Shown piece by piece: positions 38,493-47,656 of a stretch of 64,000 nucleotides of DNA. Numbering within the stretch: the first letter of the stretch is position 1; every line of letters starts with the position of its first letter. Source of the DNA: a virus (taxonomy: Duplodnaviria > Caudoviricetes). The stretch lies in IMG/VR virus record IMGVR_UViG_3300009108_000480; one strand, 5' to 3'. The translations under genes were made by a program, and so were the position numbers. The notes beneath the pieces were generated by a model, which saw only the letters and a program-made list of their open reading frames with translations, did no database searches and was not told the DNA's origin.

Positions 38493-39222
38493 CGAAGGAT
38501 TAAAAGCCGGTGATTTAGAAGGCGTTGTAGATAAACGTTTTTCAGTAGATCAATATAAATCAAAAATGGGTGATGACAGGAACATTATGGTTCTTGCCTT
38601 CTCTGTTAGTGGCCTAGAACCTGCGAAAGATTTAGAACGTTTTGCAGAAACAGGATACAAAGAAATATTAGATGCAGACGCTACACCTGGAACAGTAATG
38701 GATGGCAAACATAGAGTATTTGTAGAATTTGCAAGAGTAGAAACAGTTGATCAACATATTATAAAATTTTTAGAAGATTTAAAAAAATTAACAAACATAG
38801 AAACATTTGAATTTACATATCATAAAAGATCAGTACCATTTGAAGCATCTGCAAAAAATTTAGCAGATGTATTACCAAGAACACCTATAGCATATACAAA
38901 AAAAGTTAATTCACTAAGATTAGGCGAAGTAAAAGATTTCTTTGACAAATTTGCTATGATGGAATTTAAATTAGACAACAATATTATTTCGATTAAAAAA
39001 CACGGAACAAAAGATACATTAAAATTTGAATTACATTCATATGGTGAGTCACAAATGATACTAAAAGAAGTTAAAGCATTTACTATTGATCAAGATGCCA
39101 TGGCAGAATGCATACACCTAACCAAATACTTTGGACCATATAATATTACCAAAACTACTGAGGACAGATTCGTTTTTTCTAAAGGACAAAACTCTGTTCT
39201 GTTAAGTAAGTACAAATGGTAA
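38482..39222 (+). CDS. Hypothetical protein
   Basis: Long coupled ORF (SVDQYKSKMGDD, YRVFVE-like motifs). Confidence 0.65.
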   Translation: MHFNEGLKAGDLEGVVDKRFSVDQYKSKMGDDRNIMVLAFSVSGLEPAKDLERFAETGYKEILDADATPGTVMDGKHRVFVEFARVETVDQHIIKFLEDLKKLTNIETFEFTYHKRSVPFEASAKNLADVLPRTPIAYTKKVNSLRLGEVKDFFDKFAMMEFKLDNNIISIKKHGTKDTLKFELHSYGESQMILKEVKAFTIDQDAMAECIHLTKYFGPYNITKTTEDRFVFSKGQNSVLLSKYKW

Positions 39223-39680
39223 GATTAAGCACAAATTTCACACTGGAAGAATTTACAAGAAGTCAAACCGCAATACGACAAAACATCGACAACACACCTA
39301 CCGAAGAACATATAGAAAATATGCAACTTCTATGTGAAATGGTCCTTCAGCCAGTTAGAAATCATTTTGGTCCAATAGCAATCAATTCGGGTTATAGAGG
39401 AGTAGTATTAAACAAAGCAATTGGAGGCTCTTGGAAATCTCAACATTGTGAAGGTAAAGCAGTTGATATTGAATGTCCAGGTACAGGTAATCGTTATGTA
39501 GCTGATTGGATTTCGGATAATTGTACCTTCGACCAAGTAATTCTTGAATTTCACACCCCAGGAATACCAGATTCGGGTTGGGTTCACGTTAGTTATAATC
39601 GTGGAGCAAACCGTATGCAACGTCTTAGAGCTGTAAAAGAGGACGGTAAAACAGTTTATAAAAACGGGCTCACAGAGTAG
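39216..39680 (+). CDS. Peptidase M15A endolysin
   Basis: LSTNFTLEEF, INSGYR, SQHCEGKAVDI, GWVHVSY. Confidence 0.88.
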   Translation: MVRLSTNFTLEEFTRSQTAIRQNIDNTPTEEHIENMQLLCEMVLQPVRNHFGPIAINSGYRGVVLNKAIGGSWKSQHCEGKAVDIECPGTGNRYVADWISDNCTFDQVILEFHTPGIPDSGWVHVSYNRGANRMQRLRAVKEDGKTVYKNGLTE

Positions 39681-39695
39681 TTAAATACATACATT

Positions 39696-40169
39696 ATGTT
39701 TGGACAAATAAGAATGGTTATTACCCTGGTTATGATCATGGGTATCGCAGGTGCAGGTATGTATGTTTTCAAATTGAGAGCAGACAACGCCGTTCTTAAA
39801 ACAAATCAAATAAAACTAGAACAAAGTATTGAGTCGCAAACTAAACTATTAGAACAACAAAAAGCAGATTTTGAAGCAATCCTTGAAAGCAATAAAAAAT
39901 TAAACGAATTAATACAAACATTTAAAAAAGATTTAGAAGATTTAGATAAAAGATTTACCAAAAAGAACAGAGATGTTGGAAAACTAGCAATAGACAGAAC
40001 AAAAGCAGTTGAAAGAATTATAAACAAAGGTGCCAAAAATGCTCAAAGATGTATTGAGTTGGCTTCAGGCGCCGAACACACAGAAGCAGAATTAAAAGCA
40101 ACTTTAAAATCGGAGATAAACCCGGAATGCCCGGCGTTAGCAAACCCAAGTTATGTACCATATCAATAA
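39696..40169 (+). CDS. Inner-membrane spanin (Rz-like)
   Basis: N-terminal TM plus long coiled coil, right after the endolysin; TTAAATA at 39681-39687. Confidence 0.6.
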   Translation: MFGQIRMVITLVMIMGIAGAGMYVFKLRADNAVLKTNQIKLEQSIESQTKLLEQQKADFEAILESNKKLNELIQTFKKDLEDLDKRFTKKNRDVGKLAIDRTKAVERIINKGAKNAQRCIELASGAEHTEAELKATLKSEINPECPALANPSYVPYQ

Positions 40170-40518
40170 AATATTTGCAGTAGCACTAATTATTTTCCTT
40201 ACTAGTTGCAGTATTGGTGGTGAAAAGAAAATTAAAATATTTCAAGTAGAAGAACCTAGAAAAAATCTAGATTATCCAATGCCAACTGCATTACAACTTG
40301 AAGAAATTAAATGGATTATTATTACAAGTGAAAATGCAGAAGAAGTATTTGCTAAACTAGAAGCGGCAGGAATTGATCCTGTACTATTTGGAGTAACAGA
40401 TAAAGATTTTCAAGTACTTGCTAAAAACTTTGCACAGATAAGACAAAAATTACAAGAAACAACTAACTTACTAGAAGAATACAAAAAATATTACGAGACA
40501 GATGAGAATTCTAACTAA
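40153..40518 (+). CDS. Outer-membrane spanin lipoprotein (Rz1-like)
   Basis: Lipobox LTSC; overlaps the i-spanin end. Confidence 0.6.
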   Translation: MYHINKIFAVALIIFLTSCSIGGEKKIKIFQVEEPRKNLDYPMPTALQLEEIKWIIITSENAEEVFAKLEAAGIDPVLFGVTDKDFQVLAKNFAQIRQKLQETTNLLEEYKKYYETDENSN

Positions 40519-40708
40519 CATATGGTATTGGATTGTAGGTTATCCTGCAGAACTGACTTATTGGTTTGAAGGAAGTGAAACTACATTACAAGTTCGTAAA
40601 TTTAAAGAAGTTAAACCTAACCATATTACATTTAAAAATATGGAAACTGAAAAATACGTTGTTGTTAAATCAGATCAACCAATCAAATATATTATAAGAG
40701 AAGAATAA
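40502..40708 (+). CDS. Hypothetical protein
   Basis: Coupled ORF. Confidence 0.55.
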   Translation: MRILTNIWYWIVGYPAELTYWFEGSETTLQVRKFKEVKPNHITFKNMETEKYVVVKSDQPIKYIIREE

Positions 40709-41145
40709 TGTACGAATACAGATGTAAAGTATTAAAAGTAATAGACGGAGATACTGTTGATATTGATATCGACTTAGGTTTTGGTACGTGGATACGCAAT
40801 GAACGTGTTAGAATCATGGGCATAGACACACCCGAATCTAGAACAAGCAATGACATAGAAAAGAAGTTTGGATTAGCGGCTAAAAGTAGATTACAAGAGT
40901 TATTAGGTGAGACTGCTATTCTAAAAACACAGGTAAACAAAAAAGGCGAAGACATGAAGGGTAAGTTTGGACGAATCTTAGGAAATTTTGCAACTGAAGA
41001 CGGTCATAGTTGTGCAGATATACTTTGTGAAGAAGGCCATGCAGTAGCTTATTTTGGTGGTGCTAAAGAAGATGTACAGAAACAACACATTAAAAATAGA
41101 AAAAAACTTGTTAAACAAGGTATTGTAGAAGGCGCAATAGAATAA
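40708..41145 (+). CDS. Thermonuclease (SNase-like)
   Basis: KVIDGDTV, RIMGIDTPE, GKFGRILG. Confidence 0.88.
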   Translation: MYEYRCKVLKVIDGDTVDIDIDLGFGTWIRNERVRIMGIDTPESRTSNDIEKKFGLAAKSRLQELLGETAILKTQVNKKGEDMKGKFGRILGNFATEDGHSCADILCEEGHAVAYFGGAKEDVQKQHIKNRKKLVKQGIVEGAIE

Positions 41146-41176
41146 ATATACGCATATAACTTAAAAAGGAAAAAAA

Positions 41177-41767
41177 ATGGAATTTATAATAGCACTTGCA
41201 ATGAAATTTTGGCAATGGACGTTAGTGATTGTTTTTATTCTAATAGGTTGGCTTATAAACGTATTAGATAAAAGAAAGCCACCTAAAGTAGAATTTACAT
41301 ATAAAGAATTTCCGCATATGCAACCATTAAAAATATCTACAAAAGGTATAGGATTTTTTAAAGGTATATTAATGTGGATATTATCAACAAGAAACTGGAC
41401 TGTCACAAAAGATTGGAACTACAACATAAACGGAACTGATTACGTGATACCTGCAGGATTTACATTTGATGGTGCAAGTATTCCAAAATTCCTAAGAACT
41501 TTTTTCTCTCCGGTTGGAGTATTATTAATGGGTGGACTTGTACACGACTACGGTTACAAGTATGCAACACTATTAAAGAAAAATAAAAAAGATACTATTG
41601 GCATTAAAGATCAAAAATGGATGGATAAAACATTCAGAGATATTAACATTTATGTTAACGGATTTTATACTATGAACTACTTGTCATATTGGTCATTAAG
41701 ACTTGGCGGTTTTATGGCATGGAACGGTCATAGAAAAAGAAATGCTAAAATCGAGAGCTTAAAATAA
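41177..41767 (+). CDS. DUF1353-like protein with N-terminal TM
   Basis: IPAGFTFDGASIP, VHDYGY; ATAAATA at 41142-41148. Confidence 0.75.
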   Translation: MEFIIALAMKFWQWTLVIVFILIGWLINVLDKRKPPKVEFTYKEFPHMQPLKISTKGIGFFKGILMWILSTRNWTVTKDWNYNINGTDYVIPAGFTFDGASIPKFLRTFFSPVGVLLMGGLVHDYGYKYATLLKKNKKDTIGIKDQKWMDKTFRDINIYVNGFYTMNYLSYWSLRLGGFMAWNGHRKRNAKIESLK

Positions 41768-42090
41768 TGGCTGATGATTTAATTAAAGTTAAAAAAACAA
41801 CAGAAGAATACGAAGTACAAAAAAGCGACCTTATTCCTGATACTGGTGAAGACGCACCTACATGGTATAATAAATTAGCAGGTCTTATTGACAAGTTTAG
41901 AGTTATTCCTCGAATGGTGATGTTGGCTTACATCTTTGCTTTTTACACATCAGTAAAATGGTTTATGGGACTAACAGATCCAACCAATGCTCAAGCTATG
42001 TTTATATCAACAATAGTTGGTGCCGGCGCGGCATTCTTTGGACTATATGTCGGTAAACCGGGTGCAACACTTCCAAAAAACAAAAAATAA
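41767..42090 (+). CDS. Holin-like two-TM membrane protein
   Basis: Two TMs, basic C-terminus, near lysis genes. Confidence 0.45.
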   Translation: MADDLIKVKKTTEEYEVQKSDLIPDTGEDAPTWYNKLAGLIDKFRVIPRMVMLAYIFAFYTSVKWFMGLTDPTNAQAMFISTIVGAGAAFFGLYVGKPGATLPKNKK

Positions 42091-42100
42091 TTACCAAAAG

Positions 42101-42128
42101 TTGACAATTCACAGATCCGTAATATAAT
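42101..42128 (+). promoter_or_regulatory. Sigma70-type promoter for dnaJ-def-clpA
   Basis: TTGACA-16-TATAAT. Confidence 0.65.
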
Positions 42129-42139
42129 AATTACTATAA

Positions 42140-42985
42140 ATGAAGAATTATTATAATATACTAGGTGTGTCAGAAAATGCATCTGACAAACAAATTAAAC
42201 AGGCTTTTAAAAAATTAGCAAAAGAACATCACCCAGATCGTGGAGGGGATACAACAAAATTTAAAGAAGCTAATGAAGCCTACGACACATTAAAAAATTC
42301 TAGTAAAAAACAAGAATATGATACTATAAGAAAATACGGCCAAAATAGTGGTGGACAAGGAGGAAACTTTCATTTTACTTCTGGTGACTTCTTTGGTGAA
42401 GATATGTTTGAGAATTTCTTTTCTGGTTTTGGTGGACCTAATGTACGAACAAGAACTTTTAGAACACGACAACAACATAATAAAAGTATAAACGTAAGAA
42501 TGTCTATATCAATTAAAGAAGCAATGAACACCTTAGAAAAAACTATATCATATAGACTACCTTCAAACAAAGAAGAATTTGCCACAGTAAAAATTCCAGC
42601 TGGTGTACAACATGGTATAACATTCAAATACAAAGGTATGGGAGATGATTCAATAAAAAATATGCCACGTGGTGATTTATTAGTACAAATGAGTGTTCTT
42701 GATTCTGATGGCTATACAAGAAAAGGAAACGATTTATATACAGATAAAACTATAAATTGTTTTCAAGCAATACGAGGACTTGAATTAAAATTAAAAACAT
42801 TAACTGATACTATTATTAAAATACAAGTACCACCTGCTACACAACCCGGAACTTTGATCCTTTGTAAAGGACAAGGTATGCCCATACACAAGACGTTAAA
42901 TATTAGAGGAAATCTATATGTGAGAATAAACATTATAATACCGGAACTTTCACAAACAGATTTAAACAAAATAAAAAATTTATGA
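42140..42985 (+). CDS. dnaJ: DnaJ class II (CbpA-like) co-chaperone
   Basis: J-domain with HPD, G/F linker, C-terminal domain (KIPAGV, RGDL, GQGMP); no Zn finger. Confidence 0.93.
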   Translation: MKNYYNILGVSENASDKQIKQAFKKLAKEHHPDRGGDTTKFKEANEAYDTLKNSSKKQEYDTIRKYGQNSGGQGGNFHFTSGDFFGEDMFENFFSGFGGPNVRTRTFRTRQQHNKSINVRMSISIKEAMNTLEKTISYRLPSNKEEFATVKIPAGVQHGITFKYKGMGDDSIKNMPRGDLLVQMSVLDSDGYTRKGNDLYTDKTINCFQAIRGLELKLKTLTDTIIKIQVPPATQPGTLILCKGQGMPIHKTLNIRGNLYVRINIIIPELSQTDLNKIKNL

Positions 42986-43512
42986 TTTCAATATTGCAAT
43001 ATCCACATAAAGCATTAACGGAAGTAAGTACTCCGTTTGACATTAAAAACGATAAACTTCTTGATTACGATGATATTGAAAAATTTGAAAACGATATGAT
43101 TAATTTAATGATAAATGCTCGAGGTTTGGGATTAGCGGCAAATCAAATAGGCGTTACCAAGCGATTCTTTGCATTTGGACACGAGTCGTTTGACAAAATG
43201 CAAAAACCTGTTATAATATGGAATCCATCGATAGTTCGAGAAAGTGAAGAAAAAACGTTGGATGAAGAAGGATGTTTAAGTTTTTTAGGAGTATTTGTAA
43301 AAATAGAAAGACCTAAAAGAGTTACAGTAAAATGGGAGAACAAAAAAGGAGAAACTTTAATGCAACATTTAGATGGTATGGAAAGTAAATGCTTTCAACA
43401 TGAACTTGATCATCTAAACGGTATTACATTTAATACTAAAGTATCTAAACTTCGATGGGATATGGCAGTTAAAAAATTAGAAAAAAAAATTAATGCAACG
43501 CAAAGAGTATAA
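42982..43512 (+). CDS. def: Peptide deformylase
   Basis: GLGLAANQIG, EGCLS, QHELDH. Confidence 0.95.
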   Translation: MISILQYPHKALTEVSTPFDIKNDKLLDYDDIEKFENDMINLMINARGLGLAANQIGVTKRFFAFGHESFDKMQKPVIIWNPSIVRESEEKTLDEEGCLSFLGVFVKIERPKRVTVKWENKKGETLMQHLDGMESKCFQHELDHLNGITFNTKVSKLRWDMAVKKLEKKINATQRV

Positions 43513-43711
43513 TGCTATGGAAGATGAATTTGGATTTAACGATATAAGTGAAGCAGACTATAACAAATTGAGAGCTAAAGAACAAAAGAAAAGTATGCCA
43601 CAAACAAGGAAAGTAAAAAGAAGAAAAAAGAAAAAGAAAATTAATCACTTTAAAGGATTAGGTGGCGGTGGTAGCAGAGGACCTTGGCCAAAAATTGGAG
43701 GAACAGACTAA
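43493..43711 (+). CDS. Hypothetical basic protein
   Basis: Acidic N-terminus, K/R-rich middle; contains the clpA SD; TAATG coupling. Confidence 0.5.
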   Translation: MQRKEYNAMEDEFGFNDISEADYNKLRAKEQKKSMPQTRKVKRRKKKKKINHFKGLGGGGSRGPWPKIGGTD

Positions 43712-46053
43712 TGCTTGAAGCTAATGAATCATTAGAAAACATATTTACAAATTCTGTAAACGAAGCAGAAAAACGAAAACACGAATACGTTACAATTGAA
43801 CACGTACTATTAGCATTAATCAAGGACAAAGATATTGGTACCACATTATCAGAATTTAAAATTAATGTTGGACAAATGATTAAAGACGTTGAAGATTATC
43901 TTGATACAAAATGTACAGACATTATTTCAAAATCAACTAAACCTATAGCACCACGAAAAACTGCATCATTAGAAAGATTAATGAACAGAGCATTTACTCA
44001 AGCATTATTTCAAGGTAGACAAGATGTTACTTCTGTAGATATATTAATCAGTATATTTGCTGAAAAGAAAAGTTATGGTTCATTTTTCTTAAAAAAACAC
44101 AAAGTTAATAAACAAGACTTAATGGATCTAGTATCTACCGAAACTATATTAGACGAAGGTATGGCGGCTATGGGTGGACCTGGCCCTGGAATGATTGGCG
44201 TTGAACAAAAACTACGACCAAACCAAGCAGATAGAATATTAAAAAACTATACTGAGAATTTAAATCAAAAATATTTTGATAAAAAAATTGATCCTGTAAT
44301 AGGACGAATAGAAGAAACTAATCAACTAAAACAAATTCTAGCAAGAAGAAATAAAAATAATGTATTAATAGTAGGTGACCCTGGTGTAGGTAAAACGGCA
44401 CTAATCGAAGGACTTGCAAGACGTATCGCTAAAAATAAAGAAGATATTCCAGAATATTTAAAAAATCATATCGTATATAGTTTAGATGTAAACTCTTTAA
44501 TAGCAGGATCTAAATTTAGAGGAGACTTTGAAGAAAGATTAAAACTTGTTTTAAATGCATTAGATCAAAAAGGCAAAACAGTATTACACATCGATGAAGC
44601 ACATATGATGGTAGGTGCTGGTGCTACTGGAAGTGGTAACAGTATGGATATGGCTAATATGATTAAACCTGCACTAATGAAGGGTAATATAAAAGTAATT
44701 GCATCTACTACTTGGGAAGAGTATAGAAAATTCTTTGAAAAAGATAGAGCATTAATGAGAAGATTCCAAAGATTACAAATAGGTGAACCTTCAAATGAAA
44801 CTGCGGTTAAAATATTAAAAGGTGTTAAACAATACTATGAACAATTTCATAAATGTACTATAACCGATGATGCTTGTGAAGACGCAGTAGAATATACATC
44901 AAAATTTGTTACAGATAAAAAATTGCCTGATAAAGCAATTGACATTATTGACGTGGCGTGTGCAAGATTAAGATTAAACGGAATTAAAGATGGCAAAATA
45001 GACCATGAAGAAATAATACATGAAATATCTGCTACAACAGGTATATCAATTGAGCAACTGTCACAAAAACAAGCAACAAGTTTAAAAACATTAGAAGAAA
45101 AAATGAAACTGCAAATATTTGGACAAGATAAAGCACTTAATACTATTATCGATAGAATATTAGTTGCAAGAGCAGGATTAAAAACTTTAAACAAACCTGT
45201 TGGATCATTTTTATTTTTAGGACCTACGGGTTGTGGTAAAACTGAAACTGCAAAACAATTAGCAAAAACTTTAGGTGTTGAACTATTAAGATTTGATATG
45301 TCAGAATATCAAGAGAAACATTCTATTGCAAAACTAATTGGCTCACCTCCAGGTTATGTAGGCTACGAAGATACTACAATGGGTGGTGGTATGTTTATAA
45401 ATGAAATAGAAAAAAATCCACACGCGGTTGTATTATTTGATGAAGTAGAAAAAGCACATCGTGATGTATCCAATATGCTATTACAAGTTATGGATTATGG
45501 AAGTGTTACTGGTTCCAACGGTAAAAAAGCAGATTGTAGAAATATTACACTTATCATGACTTCAAATTTAGGTGCAGAAGAAATGGAAAGAGAAAGTATT
45601 GGTTTTGGACCAAGCGAAAGAACCGGCGAAGATGATACCGCTTTGAAAAAATTCTTTCCTCCAGAATTTAGAAATAGACTAGATGCAACAGTTAAATTTG
45701 TTAAACTAGCAAAAGAAACAATGAAATTAATTGTTAAGAAATTCTTACTAGAATTAAATGCAATGACCGTAGAGAAAAATGTAGAAGTTAATGCTAATGA
45801 TGAAGCTATTGAATTTTTAATTAAAAAAGGATTTAATGCTAAAATGGGAGCAAGACCTTTACAAAGAGTTATAGACGAAGAAATTAAGAAACCTTTATCT
45901 AGAATGATACTATTTGGTGAATTAACAGAAGGTGGTAGAGTTGCCGTTAGTTTATCTAACGATGTCGTACCAAAACTAAAAGTACAATTTAAAGCACCGA
46001 TTATAACAAATCAATTTAAACCAAAAAAAGAAAATGCGAAAACATCACAATAA
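43711..46053 (+). CDS. clpA: ATP-dependent Clp protease ATPase subunit ClpA
   Basis: HEYVTIEH N-domain, GDPGVGKT, IDEAH, GPTGCGKT, FDEVEKAH, IGF loop, GARPL; GGAGG SD before ATG 43711. Confidence 0.95.
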   Translation: MLEANESLENIFTNSVNEAEKRKHEYVTIEHVLLALIKDKDIGTTLSEFKINVGQMIKDVEDYLDTKCTDIISKSTKPIAPRKTASLERLMNRAFTQALFQGRQDVTSVDILISIFAEKKSYGSFFLKKHKVNKQDLMDLVSTETILDEGMAAMGGPGPGMIGVEQKLRPNQADRILKNYTENLNQKYFDKKIDPVIGRIEETNQLKQILARRNKNNVLIVGDPGVGKTALIEGLARRIAKNKEDIPEYLKNHIVYSLDVNSLIAGSKFRGDFEERLKLVLNALDQKGKTVLHIDEAHMMVGAGATGSGNSMDMANMIKPALMKGNIKVIASTTWEEYRKFFEKDRALMRRFQRLQIGEPSNETAVKILKGVKQYYEQFHKCTITDDACEDAVEYTSKFVTDKKLPDKAIDIIDVACARLRLNGIKDGKIDHEEIIHEISATTGISIEQLSQKQATSLKTLEEKMKLQIFGQDKALNTIIDRILVARAGLKTLNKPVGSFLFLGPTGCGKTETAKQLAKTLGVELLRFDMSEYQEKHSIAKLIGSPPGYVGYEDTTMGGGMFINEIEKNPHAVVLFDEVEKAHRDVSNMLLQVMDYGSVTGSNGKKADCRNITLIMTSNLGAEEMERESIGFGPSERTGEDDTALKKFFPPEFRNRLDATVKFVKLAKETMKLIVKKFLLELNAMTVEKNVEVNANDEAIEFLIKKGFNAKMGARPLQRVIDEEIKKPLSRMILFGELTEGGRVAVSLSNDVVPKLKVQFKAPIITNQFKPKKENAKTSQ

Positions 46054-46693
46054 ATTATACTATCAAAAATACGGATTTAAAAGCATATTCAAAATGCCTT
46101 ATGCAAGTAAACTATATCCTACTACTGATGAAAACTTATATCGTTTAGTAAAAATGTATAAAATATCTGCAACCGATTTTGATATGAATATAGCCAAAAT
46201 AGCAAAATTTATTTTAGATTATAGAACACAAATGAAATTTAGAATACAACAAAAATATGTAATTTTTTATACAAGCGAACCTTTAGCAAAAAAAATTGTA
46301 AATGAATTTTGGAATGACTGGTATGGGTCTGAATCTGTTAATCCAAAATATAATAAATTAGGCAAAAACTCAGTAGGTTGTAAAAGATTACCTCATGGTA
46401 AATTTCAATATCAAATACATCTTAAAAAAGATGTGCATCAACACATTACAGATTCAGAAAAACAAAGTTTATGGAGACTATTAGAAAATAATGAAAACGA
46501 CTGTTTAGTATCAAACAAATATGTATTAGATTATTTAATTGGCAAATATCCTCATTGTTACCATGGATATTTTTATGTGAGCGAAGAAAAAATGCTAACT
46601 CCTATCTATATGATAGCACAAAAAGGTATTGACAAAGTAATAAAATTTGTCGCAATAAAAAATGGACGCAATAAGAAAACTAAAAAAACATAA
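46034..46693 (+). CDS. Hypothetical protein
   Basis: Coupled ORF. Confidence 0.65.
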   Translation: MRKHHNKLYYQKYGFKSIFKMPYASKLYPTTDENLYRLVKMYKISATDFDMNIAKIAKFILDYRTQMKFRIQQKYVIFYTSEPLAKKIVNEFWNDWYGSESVNPKYNKLGKNSVGCKRLPHGKFQYQIHLKKDVHQHITDSEKQSLWRLLENNENDCLVSNKYVLDYLIGKYPHCYHGYFYVSEEKMLTPIYMIAQKGIDKVIKFVAIKNGRNKKTKKT

Positions 46694-46958
46694 TATATTC
46701 AAACAAAATTCGATTGTATTATCTACTATAGAAAAATCCTGGATGGGAGAACCTATCCAAGTAAAAGCACATCTTATTGTCAAGCAATTAAGAAAAAATG
46801 ATTGTATTTGCGAAGAATATAATGAAGCAGATGGTAAAGCATACAAAATTAAATACCTTGATATTACTACAATAGATGGAATGAATCCTAATGAATTAGC
46901 CGCTGTATATGGGTTGGTTCCTAAAACTGAAAGATTCGGCAAACGCAAAAACCAATAA
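46662..46958 (+). CDS. Hypothetical protein
   Basis: Coupled ORF (ITTIDGMNPNELAAVY). Confidence 0.6.
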   Translation: MDAIRKLKKHNIFKQNSIVLSTIEKSWMGEPIQVKAHLIVKQLRKNDCICEEYNEADGKAYKIKYLDITTIDGMNPNELAAVYGLVPKTERFGKRKNQ

Positions 46959-46961
46959 ATA
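46955..46961 (+). promoter_or_regulatory. Late-type motif ATAAATA
   Basis: 6 nt before ATG 46968. Confidence 0.6.
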
Positions 46962-46967
46962 ACAATA

Positions 46968-47546
46968 ATGGCACAGACAAGCACAACATTATTATCAAAT
47001 AAAACGCATAAAGCGGATATTACAGGCACAGATATCAGTTTTACTGCAACAGGTACTGAATATAAAATTAGTGCAACTAGCACTAGTCTTGGCAATCTTG
47101 CACAATACGATTTAATTACAGTAACCGGTACTACAAATAATAATTCAACTTTTACTGTAAAAAGTGTTGCAAGTGACGGTTTATCAATTATTGTTGAAGA
47201 AATTGTTACAACAGAAACAGCCGATGGCTCAACAACGTATACTATTGATAATACAGGATTTGTTAGTGCTAAAGCAAAAGGTGATGGCTATTATTCACAA
47301 GTAGATGGTGTACATACTGTGGCATACAAAGTAGATGCTACACTTACAGGATCAATTAAAATGCAAGGTACACTTGCTTCTACTCCTACTGAAGAAGATT
47401 GGTTTGATATTTCAGGCACTACATTTACAACAGATCAAAGCACTTTAATTAGCTCAAATAATTTTACAGGAAATTTTGTATATGTTAGAGCTAAAGCAAC
47501 ATCAACTACTGCTGGTTCTATTACATCAATTCAGTTAAATTCTTAA
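46968..47546 (+). CDS. Probable virion structural protein
   Basis: Thr/Ser/Gly-rich beta protein; KGDGYY, EEDWFDI, FTGNFVYVRA; late motif upstream. Confidence 0.55.
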   Translation: MAQTSTTLLSNKTHKADITGTDISFTATGTEYKISATSTSLGNLAQYDLITVTGTTNNNSTFTVKSVASDGLSIIVEEIVTTETADGSTTYTIDNTGFVSAKAKGDGYYSQVDGVHTVAYKVDATLTGSIKMQGTLASTPTEEDWFDISGTTFTTDQSTLISSNNFTGNFVYVRAKATSTTAGSITSIQLNS

Positions 47547-47595
47547 TTTTTACCCACAATTACCAAAAACACCAGACGTAAGTCATTGAATTACA

Positions 47596-47614
47596 TAGGT
47601 CTTTTTAAGACCTA
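47596..47614. other. Inverted repeat (8-bp stem, 3-nt loop)
   Basis: TAGGTCTT-TTT-AAGACCTA in the intergenic region, just before a -35 box; terminator or operator. Confidence 0.5.
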
Positions 47615-47620
47615 CTTTGG

Positions 47621-47648
47621 TTGACTTCTACCAAAAGTATAGTATTAT
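47621..47648 (+). promoter_or_regulatory. Sigma70-type promoter for the subtilase gene
   Basis: TTGACT-16-TATTAT; ATG 47657. Confidence 0.5.
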
Positions 47649-47656
47649 TATACTAT

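Noticed and set aside
43493-43711. ORF upstream of clpA as ClpS
   Set aside because: The position fits, but there is no ClpS motif (VxLxNDDxT); the sequence is low-complexity and basic.
18487-47656. Extended ORF-track starts (e.g. 18487, 31272, 34248, 35024, 43684, 47621; also 4243, 5355 and 9716 outside this span)
   Set aside because: Downstream ATG/GTG starts with an SD, promoter spacing or stop-start coupling fit better, so coordinates were adjusted.
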